NCBI GenBank assembly: GCA_963663275.1
Contig: OY760183.1
Location: forward strand, 768,001 to 832,000
Direction: 5' to 3'
DNA: 64,000 nucleotides
DNA from: Chloroflexota bacterium
GTDB taxonomy: Bacteria; Chloroflexota; UBA11872; VXOZ01
Made by a program: the position numbers and the translations under genes. The notes under the pieces are model-generated. The model ran no database searches. It was not told the origin of the DNA and was given only the letters and a program-made list of their open reading frames with translations. Positions within the stretch are counted from its first letter, which is position 1. The number at the start of each line of letters is the position of its first letter. This document shows, in pieces, positions 46,828 to 56,932 of this stretch.

Positions 46828-47385
46828 TCAGTCTAAAGTGATCACGCCGCAGGCGATGCGGGCGCCGGCCGCGGGGTCCGCGCCGTAAGTATCGGGCTTC
46901 TCATGGATGATGATCGCGGAGCCGTCCTCGTCGAAGAGCGAGTGGGGCAGGTCCGCCGTCAGCGTCACGGCGCCGGTGAAGACGTCCGCGCGGGCCGTGC
47001 CGTCGGCCGCCGCGAAGATATTGGGCAGATCGCCGGCGTGGACGCCGCCTTCATGCTGATACCCGTGGCCGATTCCTCTGGGCGCGAAGTGCCCGCCGGC
47101 CGCCGTAAAGTCCGGCGCGCAACTGCCCGTCTCGTGAATGTGGAAGCCGTGGCCGCCCGGCGCCAGGCCGCTCACGTCCGCCGCGATGATGACCCCGTGC
47201 GGCGTTTGGGTCAGCGTGACCGTGCCCACGGCGGTACCGTCCGGTGCGGCCATCATAGCCGTGGCCGTCGCGCCTACGTCCAAAGGCGCGGCCGGCGCTT
47301 CCTGCACCTGTACCGAGCAACCGGCCAGGAGCAGCAGCGCCCCGGCGGCGAGTAGCGGAGGAATAACCCTTCTGAATAGACTCAC
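46828..47385 (-). CDS. sodC: Cu/Zn superoxide dismutase lipoprotein
   Basis: Lipobox LLAGC; HGFHIH, GGHF, VHAGDLPN, IIHE, RIACGVI. Confidence 0.88.
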   Translation of the reverse strand: MSLFRRVIPPLLAAGALLLLAGCSVQVQEAPAAPLDVGATATAMMAAPDGTAVGTVTLTQTPHGVIIAADVSGLAPGGHGFHIHETGSCAPDFTAAGGHFAPRGIGHGYQHEGGVHAGDLPNIFAAADGTARADVFTGAVTLTADLPHSLFDEDGSAIIIHEKPDTYGADPAAGARIACGVITLD

Positions 47386-47569
47386 GTCGTTCTCCTTTCA
47401 CGCATTGCACATACCAGTACCCATGTTACAAGATAGAGTATAGCAACAACACTGCCAACGCCCTCCGGGAGAAGTGGAATCCGTCAACGGAATACGCAAC
47501 CCGCACAGGAATCACAGCTTGGCTCCTGAAAGATCATCACAACCTCGCAGCGAAGGGACGGCGCGCACC

Positions 47570-48901
47570 ATGACGCGGAGCAAAGTCCAGCGGTCGCTTG
47601 ACCTCTACCAAAAGGCCGACCGGCTCATTCCCGGCAGAACGCAACTCATCAGCCGCCGGGCGAGCGGTTTCGCCCATCCCGTCAGTCCCATCTACGCCGC
47701 CCACGCCAAGGGCTCGCGCTTTACGGACGTGGACGGCAACGAATACATCGATTGGGCGAACGCCGTAACGGCCATCATCCTGGGCCACGCCGACGACGTG
47801 GTGGATAGCGCCGTGAAAGCGCAGATCGACAAGGGCAGCCTCTACAGCCTGAACAGTCCGCTGGAGATCGAGCTTGCCGAACTGCTGGTGGACACCATCC
47901 CCAGCGCGGAGATGGTGCGCTACACCAAAGGCGGCGGCGAGGCGTGCGCCGTGGCCGTGCGCATCGCCCGGGGCACCACCGGCAAGGACACGATCCTCTT
48001 TTCCGGCTACCACGGCTGGCACGATTGGTACCAATCGGCCAACTACCTGGTGGATCCGGAGTCCGGGGAGTTTCCGTTCGCGGGTATCGAGCCGATCGGC
48101 GTGCCGAAGGCGCTGGCGGGCACGGCGCTGCCGTTCACCTACGGCGACCTGGACGGCCTGGAGCAACTGTTTGCGGCAAACGAGGGCGAGGTAGCGGCGG
48201 TGATGATGGAGCCGATGCGCTCCCAGCCGCCGGCGCCGGGCTACCTGGAGGCGGTGCAGGCGCTCTGCCGGGCCCATGACGCGCTCTTCATCCTGGACGA
48301 GGTCTCGTCCGGCTGGCGGCTGGCGCTGGGCAGCGCGCAGGAGTGGCTCGGCGTCACGCCCGACATGTCCACCTTCGCTAAGTCCATGTCAAACGGCTAC
48401 GCCATGGGCTGCGTAGTCGGTTCCCGCGCGGCCATGGAGCCGGCCGGGCGCATGTTCGTCTCGAGTTCGTACTGGAGCGAGGCCGTGGGCCTGGCGGCGT
48501 CGATCGCCACTATCACCGAACTGAAGCGGCGCGACGGGCCGGCGCGCTTCAAGGAGATTGGCGAAAAGGTGCGGAAGGCGCTGCAAGACGCCATCGAATC
48601 GGCTGGCGTCGCGGCCGCGGTCACCGGCGTCCACACCATGCCGACGCTGGTATTCGACCTGCCGGACCCGGCGTTGAAGAAGCCCATCGAGACGCTCTTC
48701 ATTCAAGAGATGATAAAGCGCGGCGTCTTCTGCCTGATGGCGTTCACGGCCACGTTGGCCCACACCGACGAGGACATCGCCATCACCGCCGCGGCCGCTG
48801 AAGAGTCGCTGTGCATTGTCAAACGCGCTCTGGCGGGAGAACTCGACGACCTGCTGGAAGCCGAGACCAAGCGCGAGCCGTTCCGGCGTCTGGTGCGGTA
48901 G
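47570..48901 (+). CDS. Class III PLP aminotransferase (GSA aminomutase-like)
   Basis: DVDGNEYID, GYHGWHDW, ILDEV, TFAKSMSNG. Confidence 0.88.
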   Translation: MTRSKVQRSLDLYQKADRLIPGRTQLISRRASGFAHPVSPIYAAHAKGSRFTDVDGNEYIDWANAVTAIILGHADDVVDSAVKAQIDKGSLYSLNSPLEIELAELLVDTIPSAEMVRYTKGGGEACAVAVRIARGTTGKDTILFSGYHGWHDWYQSANYLVDPESGEFPFAGIEPIGVPKALAGTALPFTYGDLDGLEQLFAANEGEVAAVMMEPMRSQPPAPGYLEAVQALCRAHDALFILDEVSSGWRLALGSAQEWLGVTPDMSTFAKSMSNGYAMGCVVGSRAAMEPAGRMFVSSSYWSEAVGLAASIATITELKRRDGPARFKEIGEKVRKALQDAIESAGVAAAVTGVHTMPTLVFDLPDPALKKPIETLFIQEMIKRGVFCLMAFTATLAHTDEDIAITAAAAEESLCIVKRALAGELDDLLEAETKREPFRRLVR

Positions 48902-48913
48902 GGCGCTGCCGGC

Positions 48914-49558
48914 ATGAACGGCGCAAACCGGAGAGCGCCCGGCGGGCTACTGGAAACAGCGGAGATGACCGCCTCGGCCGCAACGCGTGCGCAACGCCTG
49001 AAGCGCCGGCTCGGGCCGGCCCTGCCGCGCGCCGCCGCGTTCCTGCCGCTCATCGCGCTTACCGTTGCTTTCATCGTCTACCGGGACCGGCTGGAAGCGT
49101 TGCCGGCGGCCGGGTACGTGGGCATATTCGTCTTGAACATGATCGGCAGCGGCACGTACGTGCTGCCGGTGCCGGGCATGGCGGCGGTGATTGCGGGCGC
49201 GGCGGTCTGGAACCCGCTGCCGGTAGCCATGGCGGCCGCCGCCGGCTCTACCGTCGGTGAGGTGGCGGGCTACCTGGCCGGCGTGGGTTCCCACACCGTC
49301 GTCGAGCGGTTTATCGGCGGCAGCGCGTGGTATGATCGAGTCAAGCGGTGGATGCGCAAGCGCGGCGGCCTTACGCTCTTCGTCTTCGCGGCCATTCCCA
49401 ACCCATTCTTCGACGTGGCCGGGTTTGCCGCCGGTTCCATGCAGTACCCGGTCAGCCGCTTCTTCATGGCGTGCTTGCTTGGCAATATGGTCAAGTTTGT
49501 CACCGTGGCGCACGCGGCGGCCTGGGGCGCGGACGTGTTCCGGGGATGGTTTGGCTGA
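48914..49558 (+). CDS. VTT/SNARE-associated (DedA superfamily) membrane protein
   Basis: LPVPG, GSTVGEVAGYLAG, IPNPFFDVAG. Confidence 0.8.
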   Translation: MNGANRRAPGGLLETAEMTASAATRAQRLKRRLGPALPRAAAFLPLIALTVAFIVYRDRLEALPAAGYVGIFVLNMIGSGTYVLPVPGMAAVIAGAAVWNPLPVAMAAAAGSTVGEVAGYLAGVGSHTVVERFIGGSAWYDRVKRWMRKRGGLTLFVFAAIPNPFFDVAGFAAGSMQYPVSRFFMACLLGNMVKFVTVAHAAAWGADVFRGWFG

Positions 49559-49933
49559 AATTACAGCGGGAACGCTCTCTGAGTAAGGAAATCGTCCTGT
49601 GACGGCCTTGCAGGCCGCTCCCGCCAGCCGGTTGCGCGGGGCAACCCGGTTGCGCATGTCCGCCGCAGGCCGTTTTCACGCAGCATTGCCATGGCCCTAT
49701 TGCCATGAGAGTGGCCGTTTCGTACCGTGAAATCAGGCAAGCAAACCGTTCGCCCTGAGCATCGTCGAAGGGTGAACGGTGCGGTGGCAAATGGGAAACG
49801 GTTTTCACCGCACACTTTGCCGTTCATGCTTCGACGCGGCTCAGCACGAACGGCAAGGTGTGTTTGGGTTAGGCAGGCACCGAGCACAAACGAAGAGTGA
49901 ACGGTGCGAAGGGAGAATGGTGTGGAGGGAGAC

Positions 49934-50893
49934 ATGGACGTGGACGCGGCACGGCCTACCGTCTCGGTAATCATCGTCTCGTACAACACGCGCGCACTGC
50001 TGGCGCGCTGTTTGGCGTCCATCGCGGCGGAGCCGCGCCCCCCGGACGAGATAATCGTGGTAGACAATGCCTCCGCCGACGACAGCGCGGCAATGGCGCG
50101 GGAGCGGTTTCCCCAGGCGCGGTTGATCGCCAATAGCGAGAACCGCGGCTTTGCCGCCGCCGCCAACCAGGGATTGCGCGCCGCCACCGGCGACTTCCTC
50201 TGCCTGCTCAACCCGGATACCTGGCTCTTCCCCGGCGCGCTGGCGGCGCTGGCGGCCTTCCTGGAAGCGCAGCCGGCGGTCGGTCTGATCGGGCCGACGC
50301 TCCTGCACAGCGACGGCGCGTACCAACACGCGGCCTTCCGCTTTCCCACGCTGGCCATGGCTTTCTTCGACTTCTTCCCGCTCCATCACCGTCTGTTCAA
50401 CTCGCGTTTGAACGGGCGCTATTCGTTCGGCCTTTACGAGCGCCCGTTCGCCATGGATCACCCGCTGGGCGCCTGCATGATGGCGCGGCGGGAGGTGTGC
50501 GCGGACGTTGGGTTGTTGGACGAGAGGTTCTTCATGTACTGCGAGGAGATCGACTGGTGCCGCCGCATCAAGCAGGCGGGCTGGGAGATCATGCACGTGC
50601 CCGGCGCGCGGGTGGTGCATCACGGCGGCCGCAGCACGCGGCAGCAGGCCGGACGCATGTTCGTGGAACTGCACCGCAGCCGCTTCCGCCTCTTTGCCAA
50701 GCACCACGGCCGGCGCTACCAATGGGCCGCCCGCGGCATCGTGGCGGCGGGCACCCTGCGGCAACTGCTCGCGCTGCTCCCCCAACGGCTGCGCCGCGCG
50801 GACAGCCAGGAGCGCCAAGAACGCTGGCAGAGTCGTATCCGTGTGCTAGCATTGGCACTCAGGGGCGAACACGAGGCGCCTGGCCTCGGCTGA
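49934..50893 (+). CDS. GT2 glycosyltransferase (WbbL-like)
   Basis: VSVIIVSYN, VVDNASAD, NRGFAAAANQG, LLNPD, FFMYCEEIDWC. Confidence 0.9.
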   Translation: MDVDAARPTVSVIIVSYNTRALLARCLASIAAEPRPPDEIIVVDNASADDSAAMARERFPQARLIANSENRGFAAAANQGLRAATGDFLCLLNPDTWLFPGALAALAAFLEAQPAVGLIGPTLLHSDGAYQHAAFRFPTLAMAFFDFFPLHHRLFNSRLNGRYSFGLYERPFAMDHPLGACMMARREVCADVGLLDERFFMYCEEIDWCRRIKQAGWEIMHVPGARVVHHGGRSTRQQAGRMFVELHRSRFRLFAKHHGRRYQWAARGIVAAGTLRQLLALLPQRLRRADSQERQERWQSRIRVLALALRGEHEAPGLG

Positions 50894-51111
50894 TGCGCTC
50901 TTGCCAGTGCGCGCGCGCTCTATCGATCGCGTTTCATCAACAAGCCGTAGCGCGGGGGCTTGTCCCCCGCCTCTGCGCGTCGGGGCACGGGGCATGCTTT
51001 GCGTAGCCTGGCCAAGCAAGCGGGAGCGGGCGGAAACGACCCGGATTCACCCTCACCCCGGCCCTCTCCCTGAGGGAGAGGGAGACTTATACGCGCGGCC
51101 CTCTCCCTGGG

Positions 51112-51332
51112 GAGACCCTTGCGTAACCGGAAAGGGAACAGGCTGAGCCCAGCACGTGCGTCTTATCCCCTCTCCAGTGGGAGAGGGTTAGGGTGAGGGG
51201 AAATTATGCGGCGACTCATACCCAAGTCTTGCGAAATGGGGCGGAAACGACCCGGATTCACCCTCACCCCGGCCCTCTCCCTCAGGGAGAGGGAGACTTC
51301 TCGCCTGCCAGGTCTCGTTCTGCAAGGGTCTC
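51112..51332. mobile_element. MITE with GAGACC-type TIRs overlapping the 5' end of the next ORF
   Basis: GAGACCCTTGCGTAAC ... GTTCTGCAAGGGTCTC (14/16); interior homologous to 7669-7803. Confidence 0.6.
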
Positions 51333-53101
51333 TACAGGGAGAGGGGGTTCCAAGTTCGCCGGCTTCCCCCACCGGCATCACCGCCGCCGTGCTCACGCGC
51401 AACGTGGAGAGCGAGATAGAGGCGTGCCTCACCGCCCTTGCCTGGACCGACGGCATCGTGGTGGTGGATGACTTCAGCACGGACGACACCCGCGCGATCT
51501 GCCAGCGCTACGGCGCGCGCGTCTGGCAGCGCCGGCTGGAGAGTTTCGCCGCGCAGCGCAATTTCGCCTTGACGCGCGTGCGGACGCCGTGGGCGCTCTT
51601 CATCGACGCCGATGAGCGTGTGACTGCGGCCCTGGCAGACGAAATCCGCGCGGCGGTGAACGACGAGACGATTGCCGGATATTGGATTCCGCGCAAGAAC
51701 CTCTTCAAAGGACGCTGGGTGAAGCACGCCGGCTGGAGTCCCGATTACCAACTCCGGCTGTTTCAGGTGGCGAAAGGCCGCTACGACCCGTCCCGCTTCG
51801 CCCACGAAACCGTGCTGCTGGACGGCCCCGACGCCCATCTGACCGAACTGCTTACCCATTACAACTACGCCTCGGCGCGGCAGTTTCTGAGCAAGCAGCG
51901 GCGCTACGCCCAACTGGAAGCGCGCCGCCTGTGGCTGGACGGGCAGCGGGCGCGCTGGCGCAACCAGATTCTGCAACCGCTGCGGGCCTTCCACCGCCGT
52001 TTCTTTACCTGGCGGGGCTACGCCGAGGGCTGGCTGGGTTTGGCGCTGAGCGCGGCCATGGCCTATTTCGAATGGCGCGCCTACCGGCATCTCGCCGCTT
52101 TGGAGAGAGACCCCACCACGCACGTTTGGCGGCAGTTTCGGGAACTGCCCGCGGCAACCTGTGACGTCTCGGTCGTGATTGTCTCGTACAACGTGGCCGC
52201 GTTGCTCGCGACCGCTATCGATTCGGTGTTGGCCGACCTGGAGCGCGCCGGTGTACGTGGTGAAGTAGTCGTGGTGGATAACGCCTCGGCGGACGGCAGC
52301 GCGGCAACGGTGCGTGCGCGCTTTCCCGACGCGCGCCTGATTGCGAATATGACGAACGAGGGCTTTGGCCGGGCGGCGAACCAAGGCATGATGGCGGCCG
52401 CGGGCGAAACGGTGGTCGTCTTGAATCCCGACGCCAGCGTGGAACCCGGCTTCTTCAAGGCTGTGCGCGAGTATCTGGACCGGCAGCCGCGCGTAGGGCT
52501 GCTCGGGCCGCACGTCGTCCAAGCGGACGGCACTACCCAGCCGTCATGCCGCCGGTCGTATACACTGGTCACGGCGTTTCTGGAGAGCACACCGCTCCAG
52601 TGGTGGTTTGGCGAAACTCCCGCTTTGCGGCGCTTCTACTGCCGCGACCTGGACGAGACACAGGCGGCGCGGGTTGACTGGGTGGAAGGCGCGTGCTTGG
52701 TCGCCCGGCGGGCGGCGCTGCGGGCCGTGGGCGGTTTCGACCCCCGCTTCTTCATGTACTTCGAGGAGACCGATTGGTGCCGGCGCATCCGGGAGGCGGG
52801 TTGGGATGTCGCTTACTTCCCCGGCGCGCGCGTGGTGCACCACCGCAGCCAAAGCGCCGACCAAGACCTCAGCGCCCGCGCCCTGAACTTCCACCGCAGC
52901 CGCCACACGTTCATGGTTAAGGAACGTGGACGTGTGGCCGCTTGGCTCATTCGGATCGTCGTCGGTCTCCTGTTTGCCGTTTACACCGCGCAGCAGGCGG
53001 TGAAAGCCCTGGTGAAGCGACGCAACCGCGATTTGCGGCAGAACGTGAACGTGCTGGCGCGCGTGACAGCGTGGTACCTTACCGGCTCTTCCGGCCGGTG
53101 A
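51206..53101 (+). CDS. Two-domain GT2-GT2 glycosyltransferase (WaaE/KdtX-like plus WbbL-like); start uncertain
   Basis: VDDFSTD, FAAQRN, IDADE, PDYQLRLF; second domain VSVVIVSYN, LNPD, FFMYFEETDWC. Confidence 0.85.
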   Translation: MRRLIPKSCEMGRKRPGFTLTPALSLRERETSRLPGLVLQGSLQGEGVPSSPASPTGITAAVLTRNVESEIEACLTALAWTDGIVVVDDFSTDDTRAICQRYGARVWQRRLESFAAQRNFALTRVRTPWALFIDADERVTAALADEIRAAVNDETIAGYWIPRKNLFKGRWVKHAGWSPDYQLRLFQVAKGRYDPSRFAHETVLLDGPDAHLTELLTHYNYASARQFLSKQRRYAQLEARRLWLDGQRARWRNQILQPLRAFHRRFFTWRGYAEGWLGLALSAAMAYFEWRAYRHLAALERDPTTHVWRQFRELPAATCDVSVVIVSYNVAALLATAIDSVLADLERAGVRGEVVVVDNASADGSAATVRARFPDARLIANMTNEGFGRAANQGMMAAAGETVVVLNPDASVEPGFFKAVREYLDRQPRVGLLGPHVVQADGTTQPSCRRSYTLVTAFLESTPLQWWFGETPALRRFYCRDLDETQAARVDWVEGACLVARRAALRAVGGFDPRFFMYFEETDWCRRIREAGWDVAYFPGARVVHHRSQSADQDLSARALNFHRSRHTFMVKERGRVAAWLIRIVVGLLFAVYTAQQAVKALVKRRNRDLRQNVNVLARVTAWYLTGSSGR

Positions 53102-53127
53102 CGGCGTCCCACATAAGGTAAAGTCGC

Positions 53128-53535
53128 TACCATGGGAATACAGAATACCATGGGAATACAGAATACCGTGGGATTACAGAATACCGTAGCGCGGGGGCTT
53201 GTCCCCCGCCGGAGTACGCGGCGCGGCAGGCGGTATCCGGCAACGTCGCAAGAGGAGCCTACGCTCACATCCTGACCCTACGTTGGCGCAGGTTACAAAC
53301 CTACGCTACCGGGGGTGTGAGGCGCAGGTTACAAACCTACGCTACCGGGCGGGGATGTGAGGCGGAGGTTGCAGGACCAGGGAATAGAGAACACCGTAGC
53401 GCGGGGGCTTGTCCCCCGCCGGAGTACGCGGCGCCGCAGGCGGTATCCGGCAACATTGCAAGAGGAGACGACGCTCACACCCTGACCCTACGTTGGCGCA
53501 GGTTACAAACCTACGCTACTGGACGGGGATGTGAG
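53128..53535. repeat. 18-bp tandem repeat followed by a duplicated REP composite (~210-bp period)
   Basis: TACCATGGGAATACAGAA x3; GTAGCGCGGGGGCTTGTCCCCCGCCGGAGTACG... at 53186 and 53396. Confidence 0.8.
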
Positions 53536-53587
53536 GCGGGGTGTTCTTTTTCATCCGGCGGGCAGCGGTCGCAAGCGACAGGAGAAT

Positions 53588-54784
53588 ATGCGCGTTCTCT
53601 TCATCACAGGCGAGTATCCGCCGCTGCAAGGCGGCATTGCCGACTACACGGCGGCATTGCGGGCGGAACTGCGCGCCTTGGACGTCACCAGCGAGGTGCT
53701 GACCGGCGCCGCGTGCGCCAGCACGGAGCGCAGCGTGCATCCCGTGGTGGGCACGTGGGGCTTTCCCTTCTGGGGCGTGGCGCGGCAGATCATCGAGGAG
53801 CGGCGGATTGACGTGGTGCACGTCCAGTACCAGACCGCCGCGTTCGACCTGAAACCGGCCGTCAACCTGCTGCCCTGGTATCTCCGCCGCCGCGCGCCGC
53901 GCCCGGCCGTGGTCACCACGTTTCACGACCTGCGCGAGCCGTACCTCTTTCCCAAAGCGGGCCCGCTGCGCCGTTGGGTGACGCACGTGCTGGGCCGCCA
54001 CAGCGACGCGCTCATCTTTACCACGGCTGAAGACCGGGAGCGGTGGGAGGCCGCGGTCGCGGCGCGGCTGCCCGCCGCGGCGCGTCCGCCGGCGCATCAC
54101 GTCGGCGTGGGCCCCGCCGTCCCCATTGCGCCGATCACCGCCGACCGGCGGCAGGCGCTCCGCGCGGACTGCGGCGTAGCGCCGGACGCATTTCTGGTTG
54201 GGTTCTTCGGCTTCGTCAATCTCACCAAAGGGTTGGATACGCTCTTCCAGGCGGTGCGCCTGCTGCGCGACCAGGGAATCCCCGCCCAGGCGCTCATCAT
54301 TGGCGGCAGCCTCGGCGAGAGCGATCCCTACAACGCGGTCTACAAGGAGCACCTGGAGCGCCTCATCCGCCGGCTGGACCTGGACATGGGGGATATCCTG
54401 CTCAGCACGGGCTACCTGGAAGCGGCGGACGCTTCCCGCGCCTTGGCCACCTGCGACGCGCTGGCACTGCCTTTCACGGACGGGGCGTCGCTGCGCCGCA
54501 CCAGCCTGCTCACGGCGCTGGCCCACGGCCTGCCGGTGGTGACGACCTATCCCAAGCGGCCCACGCCGGAGATTCAGGAGAGCGACGCCCTGCTGCTCGT
54601 GCCCCCGGACGACCCAGCGGCGCTGAGCGGCGCGCTGCGCGGCCTCTATGAAGACCGCGCGCTGGCGCAGACCCTCAGCGGCGCGGCCCGGCAATTCGCC
54701 CATCGCTTCTCCTGGCCGCGCATCGCGGAACACACCCTGGCGGTGTATGTGGAAGCCTGCCGCCGGCGCGAGCAGTCCGCGTAG
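53588..54784 (+). CDS. GT4 glycosyltransferase
   Basis: MRVLFITGEYPP..GGIADY, FFGFV..TKG, ALAHGLPVVT, FSWPRIA. Confidence 0.9.
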   Translation: MRVLFITGEYPPLQGGIADYTAALRAELRALDVTSEVLTGAACASTERSVHPVVGTWGFPFWGVARQIIEERRIDVVHVQYQTAAFDLKPAVNLLPWYLRRRAPRPAVVTTFHDLREPYLFPKAGPLRRWVTHVLGRHSDALIFTTAEDRERWEAAVAARLPAAARPPAHHVGVGPAVPIAPITADRRQALRADCGVAPDAFLVGFFGFVNLTKGLDTLFQAVRLLRDQGIPAQALIIGGSLGESDPYNAVYKEHLERLIRRLDLDMGDILLSTGYLEAADASRALATCDALALPFTDGASLRRTSLLTALAHGLPVVTTYPKRPTPEIQESDALLLVPPDDPAALSGALRGLYEDRALAQTLSGAARQFAHRFSWPRIAEHTLAVYVEACRRREQSA

Positions 54785-54794
54785 CCGCGTTATT

Positions 54795-55712
54795 TCAGGC
54801 GATGGCCGTAATGCGGCGCAGGGCTTCCTGGTATTTCGCGCTGGTCTTTTGGATGATGTCGTCCGGCAGCGGGGGCGCGGGCGGTTCCATGTTCCAGCCG
54901 CTTTCGCGCAGCCACGCGCGCACGAACTCTTTGTCATAACTGGGCTGCGGGCGGCCCGGCGCGTAGACGTCGATGTCCCAGTAGCGGGACGAGTCCGGCG
55001 TAAACGCCTCGTCGATCAGCATCAGTTCGCCCTCGTAGAGGCCGAACTCGAATTTCGTATCCGCCACGATGAGGCCGGCCTTTTGGGCCTCGGCGCGCCC
55101 GAAGTTGTAGATGGCGATAGACACCGCTTCCAGCTTTGCCGCCAGGTCCGCGCCGATTTGCGCCGCCAGTTCTTCGCGCGAGATGTTCACGTCGTGGCCG
55201 GTCTCGGCCTTGGTGGCGGGCGTGAAGAGCGGCTCCGGCAACTCCTGGCTTTCCACCAGGCCCGGCGGCAGTCTGTGGCCGCAGACCTCGCCCGTGGCCG
55301 CGTAATCGCGCCAGCCGGAACCGGCCAGATAGCCGCGCACGACGCACTCGGCGTCGATGCGCTCCGCCTTATGTACCACCATGCTGCGCCCGGCCAGCAT
55401 CTCGCGGTCGTTCTGCAATGCGGCGGGGTACTCAGAGACGTCGGCGCTGATCAGGTGGTTTGGGACGAGGCGCCCCATGCGCCGGAACCAGAACGCCGAG
55501 AGTTGATTGAGCACCCGGCCCTTGGCGGGAATCCCCATGGGCAGCACCACGTCGAAGGCCGAGATGCGGTCGGTGGTGACGATGAGCAACCGGTCGCCCA
55601 GGTCGTACATGTCGCGCACCTTGCCGCGCGCGTAGCGGGGCGCGGGCAGCGCCGTTTCCAGGATTACGTCGTCCGTGTTGGCGGCGTGCTTGCGATGGTT
55701 TGTGCCTTGCAT
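54795..55712 (-). CDS. purC: SAICAR synthetase
   Basis: GKVRDMY, TDRISAFD, ECVVRGY, DTKFEFG, TPDSSRYW. Confidence 0.95.
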   Translation of the reverse strand: MQGTNHRKHAANTDDVILETALPAPRYARGKVRDMYDLGDRLLIVTTDRISAFDVVLPMGIPAKGRVLNQLSAFWFRRMGRLVPNHLISADVSEYPAALQNDREMLAGRSMVVHKAERIDAECVVRGYLAGSGWRDYAATGEVCGHRLPPGLVESQELPEPLFTPATKAETGHDVNISREELAAQIGADLAAKLEAVSIAIYNFGRAEAQKAGLIVADTKFEFGLYEGELMLIDEAFTPDSSRYWDIDVYAPGRPQPSYDKEFVRAWLRESGWNMEPPAPPLPDDIIQKTSAKYQEALRRITAIA

Positions 55713-55944
55713 GATTGCTCCTGCCCCGTGCCAATATCGAGGATGGCGGGGATTACCCACCTGGGCTACGCCCCACCGGTAGGGGCACGACATGTCGTGC
55801 CCCTACCGGTGGGAGGCCGCGCGTGGAGACGCGGCCTTTGTCCCGTTCCCGTTTCGTTGCCTGTTTTCGCGTTCTCCCTCTACTATATACTGTGTGAGTT
55901 CTTTAAGCGTTCGTGATGATACGCGCAGCCAAATAGAGGTGACA

Positions 55945-56739
55945 ATGGACGTAACGCAGCATGAAGCAGGCATGTTCAGTTGGGCGGACCTGGGCACGCC
56001 GGACCTCGCGGGATCCAAGCAATTCTATACCACGCTCCTGGGGCTGGAAGCGTTCGACGTGCCGATGGGAGATAGCATGGGCTACAGCATCCTGCAGAAG
56101 CGGGGCCGGAACGTGTTTGCGCTCTACGACATGCCGGAGGACATGAAGCGGATGACCGGCGGGCGGCCGGTGTGGCAAAGCTACTTCACCGTGGCCGACG
56201 CCGGCGCGACCGCGGCGCGCGTCCGTGAGTTGGGCGGCACGGTGGCGCGGGAGCCGATCGACGTCATGGACGCGGGCCGGATGGTTGCCGTGCAGGACCC
56301 TACCGGCGGGTTCTTTGCCGTCTGGCAGCCGAACACCCAGATCGGCGCGGAGGTCTTCGGCGAACCGGGCGCGCTGGCGTGGAACGAACTCTACACCCAC
56401 GATACCGCCGCGGCCGCGCAATTCTACACGGGTCTCTTCGGCTGGGACATGGAGAAAACGCAAAGCGGCGACGGCGGCGAGTACAATCTGTTTAGTATCG
56501 GCGGCAAGCCAGCGGCCGGCATGATGGCGATTCGGGAGGAATGGGGGCCGATGCCGCCTAACTGGTCGATCTACCTCGCCGTGGCAGACCTGGACGCCTC
56601 TCTGGCGCAGTTGCAGAGCCTCGGCGGACAGCAGATCTCTCCGGCCATGGCGGTGGACGGCGTCGGGCGGTTCGCCTTCACGTGCGATCCGCAAGGGGCC
56701 TACTGCACCATCATCGAGCCGGAGCCTCACGCAGGCTAG
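55945..56739 (+). CDS. Two-domain VOC/glyoxalase family protein
   Basis: FSWADL...WQSYF...DPTGG and LAWNEL...WSIY...DPQGA repeats. Confidence 0.88.
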   Translation: MDVTQHEAGMFSWADLGTPDLAGSKQFYTTLLGLEAFDVPMGDSMGYSILQKRGRNVFALYDMPEDMKRMTGGRPVWQSYFTVADAGATAARVRELGGTVAREPIDVMDAGRMVAVQDPTGGFFAVWQPNTQIGAEVFGEPGALAWNELYTHDTAAAAQFYTGLFGWDMEKTQSGDGGEYNLFSIGGKPAAGMMAIREEWGPMPPNWSIYLAVADLDASLAQLQSLGGQQISPAMAVDGVGRFAFTCDPQGAYCTIIEPEPHAG

Positions 56740-56932
56740 AGACGGCTCAGCAATTCTCGAGACCACCGTAGCGCGGGGGCTTGTCCCCCGCCTCTGGATT
56801 CTGGTTTGCGTTGACGTGACGACGGCGTACGCAGGTTACAAACCTGCGCTACCGGAGGGGAACCGCCTAAGTCGGCTATCTTCATGGCAATGACGGCGGC
56901 TTCAGTTTACGCGACGCTGCCGACAGAAATCT

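Noticed and set aside
47570-48901. Calling the aminotransferase hemL
   Set aside because: It lacks the PGGVNSPVR and SGTEA motifs and has no heme-gene context; family-level call only
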